Assembly: GCA_964035545.1 (NCBI GenBank)
Contig: OZ037765.1
Location: 186,001-250,000, forward strand
Reading direction: 5' to 3'
DNA: 64,000 nt
DNA from: Bugula neritina
Taxonomy: Eukaryota > Animalia > Bryozoa
Part shown: positions 38,526 through 51,100 of the stretch, piece by piece
Layout: each line of letters opens with the position of its first letter
Position numbering within the stretch: position 1 is the stretch's first letter
Position numbers and translations under genes: made by a program
Notes under the pieces: model-generated
The model's database searches: none
Told to the model about the DNA's origin: nothing
What the model saw: only the letters and a program-made list of their open reading frames with translations

Positions 38526-41500
38526 CTAGCAAATGGTGTAAATAGTCAGAATCAGGAAAGTCAGCGAAGAGGTGACAAGGTCACAAGTGGAAGTCCCAGC
38601 CGATGTTGAAGGTGTCCTCTTTACTTCGTAGTTGGCAGCACCAGGAACTGGGGTTGCTGGAACAGTTACAGAGACATATGTGTCAGCAGGATATATGTGT
38701 CAACAGGATATATGTGTCAGCAGGACATATGTGTCAACAGGATATATGTGTCAGCAGCAGACATTATTTGCATAACTGACATTGCGTTTTGGTAGTGGCT
38801 AGTCACATGCAGGGTATTGCGGACAGAGTATTTGGCCAGGTGAAGGTCAAAGTTCACAAGTTACGGGGTTGGCTACTTGGTAGGTGCTTGAGTCTCGAGT
38901 TATACTCTACAGCAGGTATTCATAAGAATACATGGCATGAGATGCATTGTGGACACATGTCACTAGACACAACCTATAGCTTAAGGCAATGTGTTAACAT
39001 GAAATAACAACCTTATCAATATAACTTCAACAAGATGGTCGAATGGTATGAACTCTACTAATCTTGTTACTGAGTATATTTATTGGCAGTAATTTAATAG
39101 AGTCTGATTCAACCTATATTTAGTTGATGTTCTGGCATGTAGAATCACATGTTTGTCAGCTAGGTGTTGCCATGGCAACTGGAATTAGAACATAGCTGAA
39201 AGCAATTGAGTCACTTTTTATACAAAGTTTGGTAGATATTCCAAAAATGCAGATTTAGCACATTTTTCCTAATTATCTGCTAAAGTATGAGAATTAGCTA
39301 GAAAGTCGGCTGAGGGCCTGTTACAGCTTATCATGTCACTTCTCTGGTAAATAGATAATAGTAGATAGAGGAGTAGTAAGTAGATAATAGTAAGTAGATA
39401 ATAGTATAGTAGAGTGTTACTTACCATTTCCCTGGTCTAGAGCTGGCCCTAGGAGAGTAGAGAGATCTCCCAGATCTGTAGAAGTACTCCTGTTACCATC
39501 AGTGCTGTTAGACAGAACCTCTGCAGCGTAACCACATGGCATGTAGTGGTAAACTAAGCAACAGTTTAATCTATACTTCAGAGTAAACAGTGCCCAAACT
39601 GCTAGATATAATATACTATATAATATACTATATAATATACTATATAATATACTATATAATATACTATATAATATACTATATAGTAATATAATGCACCTGT
39701 AATATTACTACTTGTGGCTTATAGAAGACGAACCTTGCGATAACTTAGAAAGTACTTTGGTTGTCAACATGTACTGGTCTTCTCTGTGGGTAGGTAGAGT
39801 TGGGGCGGGTGGAGGGGGTCTCCATATCTGTACAGTGAAGGAGGAGCTGCCCTGTCTGTTGATGACAGAGAGACTGAGGGAGTCTTTGACTGGCATGGAG
39901 GAGGAGCAGTTCAACACCAGAGAGAAGATAACTCTGTGCTGGTCTATTACCTAGTCAGGGGAGATAACACAGAGTACCTGCAGTCAGGGAAGATAATACA
40001 GAGTACCTGCAGTCAGGGGAGATAACACAGAGTACCTACAGTCAAGGGAGATAATACAGAGTACCTACAGTCAAGGGAGATAATACAGAGTACCTACAGT
40101 CAGGGGAGATAATACAGAGTACCTACAGTCAGGGGAGATAATACAGAGTACCTACAGTCAGGGGAGATAATACAGAGTACCTACAGTCAGGGGAGATAAT
40201 ACAGAGTACCTACAGTCAAGGGAGATAATGCAGAGTACCTACAGTCAGGGGAGATAATACAGAGTACCTACAGTCAGGGGAGATAACACAGAGTACCTAC
40301 AGTCAGGGGAGATAATACAGAGTACTGACGTTTGTATAGGCTATAGTTGTGTATCTAGTGGTATGAATGTCTACTGTAAAGAATATAAAAACCCACAAAA
40401 CTACTATAGTTCTAACAAAGTAAAGGCATTGAAATTGTTTCTAGTGGAAAGTTTGCAAAACACAGCCAACTTTTAGCATTCATTTCTTTACTTTTTTGCT
40501 ATATTTGAATAACAGTTGGAAAGGTCGTTAAATTTAGAAATATTATGTAGATAACCTCTACTACAGCTAGACACTTACTGCAGAAATTCAAATATATTAT
40601 ACAGCATATGCGAGTCACTAGATGTGAAGGGAATATCATAAATACATAATAAGGGATGACTAATTCCATCAAATAAGAAGACAATATTTAATGGCCATAA
40701 TTTATTAGTATAACTTAAGCTGCAGTAGATTTGAGTGTTGACTGTTTAATAGTTGATGTAGATGTGTGGTGAGTCATGATAGAGCACTTAGTTATAATAT
40801 TACACCTTCATCACTATACTAAAACAACTAGTCCTAGTAACTGGTGTCAATCACTGATTTATGGGAGAGTGAATGACTGACGGAAGACACAAGAAATCTC
40901 TCAACACACACTCAAAAACTTCCATAAATTACAGAACCTGCAATCTGCCTCCATCTTCACTCCATACGATATACCTGGTCAATCACTTTAATAGACTTTG
41001 AATAGCTGAACAATAAATCACCTCCAGACACTAGAGAAGCTCTTCAAATGCACATATACCGTGTATGTTTTACTTTCAGAGTTGTCCGAGTGATTCATGG
41101 TTTCAGAGTTGTTCTTTCATGTTGATATTTGTAGTAAAATATTATTCTCTAATTTAAGTTGTCTGATTTACAGTAACTAGCTTTGGTACTTTGGTTATGG
41201 AGTTTACGGTGCTTTATGCATTGCTCTCTTTAAATAAAAAGAGCTGGAGAGGGTGTAGAAAGGGGTGTAAATAGGGGTAGAGGGGGTACCACTGCAGTTT
41301 ATTGATCGAGTATATTGATCTCTCAATAGTCTCTCTAGTGATGCATACATGTATACATCACTAGAGATATAATCAGCTCACCCACTTACACTTACTCTCA
41401 GCTGTAGATTACACTTACTCTCAGCTGTAGATTATACTTAATCTCAGCTGTAGACTACACTTACTCTCAGCTGTAGATTACACTTACTCTCAGCTGTAGA

Positions 41501-43966
41501 CTACACTTACTCTCAGCTGTAGATTACACTTACTCTCAGCTGTAGATTACACTTACTCTCAGCTGTAGATTACACTTACTCTCAGCCGTAGATTACACTT
41601 ACTCTCAGCTGTAGACTACACTTACTCCTAGCTGTAGATTACACTTACTCTCAGCTGTAGATTACACTTACTCTCAGCTGTAGATTACACTTACTCTCAG
41701 CTGTAGATTATACTTACTGCGTAGTAAGTTCTCACGTTGCCAGACCGCTGTGGATACCCAGGGTACTGAGTTTGTGTTGAGTGTAGAGTCCACGTTGCTG
41801 CAACAAAGGGAGGGTTGGAAGACACTTCGCAGTTTATCACCATTTGACCATTGTGGTCTCGAGGCTGTACTATGGAGCAGTTTCCTGTAGGCGTGTCTAA
41901 AGCAAAGAGAATATCTGCATTATTTATTTGACCTTCACTTGACCTTTAGCTGACCCCTACATGACCTTCATTTAACTACATGACCAGCAGACTGTTTGTG
42001 ATTGGCTACTCCGTAGCCTGTGTAACTTACGCTCTACGTCAAAGACGACGTCATTCCTGACCACTACATCGGGGTAGTTGGGAGTGGAGGCTACACACTC
42101 TAGCATCTTCCCGTCATGTGTTGAGTTTGGGCGGAAGTTACTGAGTTGCTGGTGGAAGACAAATACTCTCTCCTTCAGAGGCGTGGTTGGCGCTGGGTCC
42201 TTGTCTGTTAGAGTCAGTGTGGCTGGAATTGTCTGCCCATTGAGTCTCATGACACAAGACACGTTGGTGGTAGTTGCCTGCACATGGCACATGGCCTTGT
42301 ACCCTGACTCTGGGACAGCAGAGGGGGGGATAGAGATGACGCTGCCTGGTGACCTGTACGCCTCAGTGGTTAACTCATCAAACTCAAAGTCTACGAACAC
42401 CTCTGTCACCCTGCCTGCACTCAGACAAGATAAAATTAGTTTTCTAAATTCTAAAATACTAAATTATCTTTACTTTGATGAAATTTAATATCGTGCATGT
42501 TTCACTCATTTTAGTTACCGAGAAAAGCTATACAGCCATGTCTAATATTATATTATATAGTAAAGAGCAGAACCTAGTTCAGCATGGAATTCAATTCACA
42601 GCACATCAAATGTTTAGGGTTGGCTGCCTCTACCGCCCTACCTTTTACCCTGAGTTCCAATTCATCTCTGTTTCCATCCACCTCACAGGCTATCACTCCT
42701 TCGTCACCTTTCTTCACACCTGCAACATTCAAAGACTGTGATCTAACCACCAGTTTACATTGTAAGGGGGGTGGGGGGGTCACTTTCACCAGCCTTAAGT
42801 ATTGCTTATTGTAGCACCATACCTGATATAGTCAAGAGAAGACGACCAACAACTCCTACTTCCTCTTTCACGGAATACCTGTTTGAGGACCTAAACTCTC
42901 CCAGCACCTGAAACAGTAGGAAAGAAGTTACAAACTCACCGCACTTACTATTTATACTGTACGCATGCTATTAGGTTGGACAGGAGTTGTGTTCTCATTA
43001 GTTACAGATTGCAGTCATGTGACCTCCATCAAGTATGACTCACCTGTGTGTGCCGAGCTATCACGAACCTCTCCGAACTACCCAGCCTCGCTTTGGACCA
43101 CGTGACCGTCCCGTTGGTATCGCCTACGTCGCATTTGACAACCACTTTGTCTCCAATGTTAAGTAGCCGAGACGGAATCACCTTGATCTCTACAGCGGAC
43201 TTCACTCTGGAGAGCTCAAGAACTACAGACAATCTCAATCTATATTGTTTCCCCTTTATACAGACTATCATAACTCCTAAATTGTTTTCATGATATTTAT
43301 AATTGAACACCAAACCTATAAGTAAAGTAGTAATATAATCATTATGTAATTTATATGTGTAAAGAAATTATTATAATATTTTCTACTATACGAAATAAGC
43401 TATTTTATTGTTTCAGCCATTAACTGATTGAGAGAGAATGAAGATGCAATATATTCAAATTCCCTACCAGATAGGAGTGAAAACACTGATCACTTGTGAA
43501 ATCAATATAAACTACGCATAAAGCTAAACATTGTGGTGGGGAACTGATATATTTTGCAAGTATATTCAGTATATTATTTGATTTGTACAAGACGTAAAAC
43601 ATAATATCGGTCTATATAGGTGTATATAATATAACATATAACACTATATTGTAATATTATATTATTATTATTCAGTAAAAAATAATAATACAACATAATA
43701 TAGCAATATAATAACACAATATAATAATACAATGTAATAATACAATATAATAATGCAATATAATAACACAATTTAATTATAGAATATAATACAATATGAT
43801 AATACAACATAATAATACAATATACTAATACAATATAATAATACAACATAATAATACAACATAATAATATAATATAATGATACAACATAATAATACAATG
43901 TAATAATACAATATAATAATACTCACAATAAAGGAATAAGATGGAGTAGAAACATACTCTAGTCAT
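38526..43966 (-). CDS. Three-Ig-domain, probably GPI-anchored cell-surface protein, paralog 2
   Basis: Signal MTRVCFYSILFLY; Ig1 GDKVVVKCDV...VTWSK...DEGVIACEV; Ig2 YKAMCHV...HDGKMLECVA; Ig3 INCEVSSNPP...ATW; Pro/Ser/Thr stalk; tail SAGTSTCDLVTSSLTFLILTIYTIC*. Stalk exon boundaries are uncertain. Confidence 0.78.
39951..40325 (-). repeat. 29-bp intronic minisatellite anchored on the acceptor, ~13 copies
   Basis: Gene-strand unit GTACTCTGTATTATCTCCCCTGACTGTAG. Confidence 0.95.
41389..41717 (-). repeat. 23-bp intronic minisatellite starting at the donor, ~14 copies
   Basis: Gene-strand unit GTAAGTGTAATCTACAGCTGAGA. Confidence 0.95.
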
Positions 43967-45183
43967 GATGTAAACAGTGACTCAACACACAACTATATAA
44001 ATTCTAATATTCAACAATTCTTATACCTTCAGTACTTCTATGCATGTTTATCTTTTGAGATGGAGTCTTGCTGTTTCAACTAATTACTTGAGTAGATATC
44101 AAATACTCAAGTGTCAGCTGATATCCAGCTAACCCTTAGCTCTTCGGGTAGCTTAATATACGTCCCTCTTTTAGACTGAGTCAAAATGATGGAACCCTGG
44201 TTATTAGAGTGTCTAATCTTGAAGTTTTAAGTGATAACCATTAGTGCTGCAAAAGAACCATTACTACGTGATGTTAGAATAGCCACGAGGGAAATCTAGA
44301 CTCAGCTTTCTCAAGCAGATATTATATGCATTTGCTTACAAGACCCCATATCATCTGTACAATGCAGTATGTAGGATATCTAGCTATTTCCTTTCTACGC
44401 AAAGCAACTGTAATTATTGTGCTGCTATTCCATACAGTCAGGTATAAACTCTTTCATTATGAATATTCATAGTTGGGTGTCCCCTGCAAGCACCTGCTGA
44501 CTTGTGCGTGTATCACTCACAGTCACCTGCCGACACGTGTCAACAGAACAATATAAACTCTGCACTGTAAAGTGTAACAAAGTTCCCTTCCACAGCAGAG
44601 AGCATGAGGTATTCCATCTCCTCAGGGGTATTATTGTTTTATAGAATAAAAATTTGAAAAAAAGTAAAACATTTTGTATAAGAAAGTTTTATTTAATGTC
44701 AATTATAGATATAGGTGAGGAATGACTTAAAGGTAGATGCATCACAGAATAATAGCGGAATATATGTGCATAAATATGAGGTGTATATACAAGTAGTTAG
44801 CTATATGTATATGCATGAGGTGCTACTACATTACAAATTAAACTAAAAAAATATTAAAAATGTTAAAAATTGCAGTAACCAGATTTGATCTTCAAATAAA
44901 TTGTAAAAAGCTAATGAAGTAGAGATGTATACAATAAAATATCAGGAATTACATTGCGGCTTATATTATTATTATATATTATTATTATATATTATTGTTA
45001 TATGTTCGCTAACAAAGTAAAACGTCTTAAAAGTTTAAAACTTTTTAATACAAAATATAACATGACAATATCGTTTGTTTTCAGGTAGGTAGTTTCTAAG
45101 ATAAATACAAAACTGTGCATCATTTCCCTACTACAGTTACTCATGCTGCCTAATCGTGACCTTTAAGTTGACCTTTAGACTGC

Positions 45184-48100
45184 CTAGCGCTGACCCTTGG
45201 GTGCTCTCACATTTGCATTATTCTTTCCTTTCAGTTGACTCGGTTTAATAAGAAACTCCTCGTATATTTTGCCGTCACTTTCCTCATTAGCGTTGTTGTT
45301 CTGCTCAGACTGAGAGACTGGCGCGGGGACCAGGGATGGCGGGGCGGGGGAGACAGAGCGAGGGATCCGCTCAGGTTTCACAGGCTGTGAAGGGAAAGCA
45401 GGTTTGTTGGGCTTCAGGAAAGGAGGTCCTTTAGCGGTGGATGGCATCTGTAACTTCCTAGGGGTTGGCAGGAGTGGACTGGGAGACTTTATTGGAGAGG
45501 GGGTTTTGGTTGGAGAGTCGCTGACCTTAGGAGGGGGTTTAACAGCGTTGTCAATGTACTCGTAGCTGTCGGACTCGACGTTGGATCTACTAGTCAGCTG
45601 GTGGTGAGACGGTCTGGGCGGAGGGACTTTAGTCGTCACTCCCGGGCGCTGGTTGATTGGAGGAGGAGAGACTGGGGACTTCACTCTACTCTGTGTAGGA
45701 GGGGACGTCCTGCGGGCAGCCGGCACTGGAGCAGGAGGGGGAGGAGCTCTGCTAGTAGTTGTGTCAGACACGACCTCGTACTCGTCTGCAATACTGGGTG
45801 GAGCTTTCCCCACCCTCACCTTCTGTAGGAGCTGAGGCTGGCTATCTGATGACTCTGGCAAAGAGAGACAAGTGAGTGAAATACAACGGCCATGTCACTC
45901 TCACCACTTCCATCAGTCACTCTCACTATTCACTATCAGTCACACTACTCACTATCAGTCACTCTCTCACTACTCACTATCAGTCACTTTACTCACTACT
46001 CACTATCAGTCACTCTCTCACTACTCACTATCAGTCACTCTACTCACTATCAGTCACTCTCTACTCACTATCAGCCACTCTCACTACTCACTATCAGTCA
46101 CTCTCTCACTACTCACTATCACTCACACTACTCACTATCAGTCACTCTCTCACTACTCACTATCAGTCACACTCTCTCACTACTCACTATCACTCACACT
46201 ACTCACTATCAGTCACTCTCTCACTACTCACTATCAGTCACACTCTCTCACTACTCACTATCACTCACACTACTCACTATCAGTCACTCTCTCACTACTC
46301 ACTATCAGTCACTCTACTCACTATCAGTCACTCTCTACTCACTATCAGCCACTCTCACTACTCACTATCAGTCACTCTCTCACTACTCACTATCACTCAC
46401 ACTACTCACTATCAGTCACTCTCTCACTACTCACTATCAGTCACACTCTCTCACTACTCACTATCACTCACACTACTCACTATCAGTCACTCTCTCACTA
46501 CTCACTATCAGTCACACTCTCTCACTACTCACTATCACTCACACTACTCACTATCAGTCACTCTACTCACTATCAGTCACTCTCTACTCACTATCAGCCA
46601 CTCTCACTACTCACTATCAGTCACTCTCTCACTACTCACTATCACTCACACTACTCACTATCAGTCACTCTCTCACTACTCACTATCAGTCACACTCTCT
46701 CACTACTCACTATCACTCACACTACTCACTATCAGTCACTCTCTCACTACTCACTATCAGTCACACTCTCTCACTACTCACTATCAGTCACACTCTCTCA
46801 CTACTCACTATCAGTCACACTCTCACAGCAGGGTTATTATCAATAGTCCCACATACTCTGCTTTCTGACCGCAGGGGGTGGCTGAGGTCTGGGGGGAGCT
46901 GGGGGTGCCAGGTACTGGGGAGGGATGTCCTTCCCAGCAGTCCTCTTGGGTAGGGCTGGTGCCCCGCTCACTACATCACTCTTCGCAAAAGGGTCGTTCT
47001 GATAGTCGTGAGTGTTGACTGGTTCGTACTCATCGGTGTCGCTGACTTTACTGACCGTTCTCTAACAACAGATCGTGTGACTTACAGTAAGTATACCAAC
47101 AGACCATGTGACTTACAGTAAGTATACGAACAGATCATGTGACTTACAGTAAGTATATGAACAGATCATGTGACTTACAGTAAGTATAACTTTGGAAGGA
47201 GCTAGCACTTACTGTGGGAGGAGCTAGCACTTACTGTGGGAGGAGCTAGCTCTTACTGTGGGAGGAGCTAGCACTTACTGTGGGAGGAGCTAGCACTTAC
47301 TGTGGGAGGAGCTAGCACTTACTGTGGGAGGAGCTAGCACTTACTGTGGGAGGAGCTAGCACTTACTGTGGGAGGAGCTAGCACTTACTGTGGGAGGAGC
47401 TAGCACTTACTGTGGGAGGAGCTAGCACTTACTGTGGGAGGAGCTAGCACTTACTGTGGGAGGAGCTACGACTTGAGACAGAGAGGAAGACGAGGAGGAA
47501 GTGGTCAGACGGCTGCTTCTGTTACTCTGCAAATCTCTTGGTGGTGGGAGACCTGAATATACAGTATTACAATTATACAGTATTACATATATACAGTATT
47601 CCATATATACGGTATTATATATACAGTATTATATATACAACATTACATATATAGAGTATTATATATATACAGTATTACATGTATACAGTATTACATATAT
47701 ACAGTATAACATATATACAGTATTACATATATACAGTATATCATATATACAATATTACATATATACGGTATTATATATATACAGTATAACATATATACAG
47801 TATTACATGTATGCAGTATTACATATATACGGTATTCGTCTCATGCTTTGATAAGAAAGAGAAGGAATGATAGAGTATAGAAGAAGTAAGAGCGAGGGGG
47901 GAGAGGTATAAATCTGCGGGGATTATCTACTGACCTGAGTTATGAGGTTTCAGCAACAAGGTGATATCTGCAGAGGGATATTAGTAAACTATCCAATACT
48001 CAATATTCAATACTCAATACTCCATATTCAATATTCAATATTCAATATTCAATACTCAATATTCAATACTCAATATTCAATATATTCAATACTCAATATT

Positions 48101-51100
48101 CAATACTCAATATTCAATACTCAATACTTTCATTAGTCATATATTTATGACAAGTACTCAGTGTTACTGTAGTACCTAACTACTAGCCTATCACATGCAC
48201 TGTATGTATTTAACTCTCCAATCAGATTCACTGTACTACACACACAGTGACATACAAACAGGAAATGGAGAAGTTACATACGGTCGGAGTCGACATAGCC
48301 CTCTTCGTCGTCGTTTGGAGTAGAACTGGTGGATATTTGACTCGGTGTGAGATAGTCTGCATCGTCGTCTGCTTCTATTATAAGTGAGAGAGAAAGTGGG
48401 AGGTCCGAAAGGTCATCGTCCTGAGAACATAGAGTAAGGTGTGTGATGATTGGATAGAATATAGTAAGGTACGTGCTGATTAGATAAAAGCAGTGGAGAG
48501 TAAAGTACAATGTGATTGCCTGTGCTACACACTGTAAGGTGATTGGCTGAGATGCTAGACACTGTAAGGTGATTGGTTGAAATGCTACACACTGTAAGGT
48601 GATTGGCTGAGATGCTACAAGCTGTAAGGTGATTGGCTGAGAGGCCACAAGCTGTAGGGTGATTGGCTGAGTAGCTACACACTGTAAGGTGAGTGGATGA
48701 GATGCTAGACACTGTAAGGTGATTGGCTGAGTAGCTACACGCTGTAAGGTGATTGGTTGAGTAGCTACAAGCTGTAAGGTGATTGGCTGAGTAGCTACAA
48801 GCTGTAAGGTGATTGGCTGAGATGCTACAAGCTGTGAGGTGATTGGCTGAGGTGCTACAAGCTATAAAATGATTGGCTGAGATGCTACAAGCTATAAAAT
48901 GATTGGCTGAGATGCTACAAGCTGTAGGGTGATTGGCTGAGGTGCTACAAGCTGTAGGGTGATTGGCTGAGGTGCTACAAGCTGTAAGGTGATTGGCTGA
49001 GATGCTACAAGCTGTAGGGTGATTGGCTGAGGTGCTACAAGCTGTGAGGTGATTGGCTGAGGTGCTACAAGCTATAAAATGATTGGCTGAGATGCTACAA
49101 GCTGTAGGGTGATTGGCTGAGATGCTACAAGCTGTAAGGTGATTGGCTGAGGTGCTACAAGCTGTAAGGTGATTGGCTAAACATACAGATGGTTTCTTCT
49201 GTTTAATGGTTCTCTGTCGTCTCTTCTCCGTGGCCCTTCTGTACGGCTGCAAATCTCTAGATTGAGCCGGAATACTCTTGATAGACTGTCTCCTGGGGGT
49301 GGGGAGTAAAGGGCTGCCGGCCAGGTCTGTGGGCAGCGAAGTGCCTCTCTTGCTCTCCAGGTAAGGGTTGGTGTACGCTTGGAGGTATGTAGACGGGACG
49401 TAGCCCACTTTCCCGTCATAGCTGCAGTATGAGTATATAGTATAGACTACAGTGTGAGTATATAGTCCTTAGACTACAGTGTGAGTATATAGTCCTTAGA
49501 CTACAGTGTGAGTATATAGTCCTTAGACTACAGTATGAGTATATAGTCCTTAGACTACAGTGTGAGTATATAGTCCTTAGACTACAGTGTGAGTATATAG
49601 TCCTTAGACTACAGTGTGAGTATATAGTCCTTAGACTACAGTATGAGTATATAGTCCTTAGACTATAGTATGAGTATATAGTCCTTAGACTACAGTATGA
49701 GTATATAGTCCTTAGACTACAGTGTGAGTATATAGTCCTTAGACTACAGTATGAGTATATAGTCCTTAGACTACAGTGTGAGTATATAGTCCTTAGACTA
49801 CAGTGTGAGTATATAGTCCTTAGACTACAGTGTGAGTATATAGTCCTTAGACTACAGTGTGAGTATATAGTCCTTAGACTACAGTATGAGTATATAGTCC
49901 TTAGACTACAGTGTGAGTATATAGTCCTTAGACTACAGTGTGAGTATATAGTCCTTAGACTACAGTGTGAGTATATAGTCCTTAGACTACAGTATGAGTA
50001 TATAGTCCTTAGACTATAGTATGAGTATATAGTCCTTAGACTACAGTATGAGTATATAGTCCTTAGACTACAGTATGAGTATATAGTCCTTAGACTACAG
50101 TGTGAGTATATAGTCCTTAGACTACAGTGTGAGTATATAGTCCTTAGACTACAGTGTGAGTATATAGTCCTTAGACTACAGTATGAGTATATAGTCCTTA
50201 GACTACAGTGTGAGTATATAGTCCTTAGACTATAGTGTGAGTATATAGTCCTTAGACTACAGTATGAGTATATAGTCCTTAGACTACAGTGTGAGTATAT
50301 AGTCCTTAGACTACAGTGTGAGTATATAGTCCTTAGACTACAGTATGAGTATATAGTCCTTAGACTATAGTGTGAGTATATAGTCCTTAGACTACAGTGT
50401 GAGTATATAGTCCTTAGACTACAGTGTGAGTATATAGTCCTTAGACTACAGTGTGAGTATATAGTCCTTAGACTACAGTATGAGTATATAGTCCTTAGAC
50501 TATAGTGTGAGTATATAGTCCTTAGACTACAGTATGAGTATATAGTCCTTAGACTACAGTATGAGTATATAGTCCTTAGACTACAGTGTGAGTATATACT
50601 ATATAATATATATGACTATATTACAGTACATAAACTCACCTGGCTATCCACCATCCGTCGAGCACCTTATTCAGCACCTCCACCACCACAAAACTTCCAA
50701 AACTCAACTCGTCATCATATGTGGCAGTATAGTCTTTTACAGTGAGGTACTTCTCACCTGCGTAATACGGTATATTATATTACTCTCTCTTTGTAATACG
50801 GTATATTATATTACTCTATCTTTGTAATACGGTATAACATATTACTCTATCTTTGTAATACGGTATAACATATTACTCTATCTTTGTAATACGGTATAAC
50901 ATATTACTCTATCTTTGTAATACGGTATAACATATTACTCTCTCTTTGTAATACGGTATAATATATTACTCTCTCTTTGTAATACGGTATAATATATTAC
51001 TCTCTCTTTGTAATACGGTATATTATATTACTCTCTCTTTGTAATACGGTATAATATATTACTATCCCACCCGCCTGCTGATGGATATAAAGTGAAGAAT

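Noticed and set aside
45872-46953. Three overlapping 324-353 aa ORFs
   Set aside because: Stop-free translation of an intronic minisatellite, antisense to the PX-SH3 gene
48413-49186. Apparent coding ANHLTACSIS repeat continuing the SH3 exon ORF
   Set aside because: A good donor (GTATGT, 49186) and a downstream exon in another frame indicate an intron; retention is possible but unsupported
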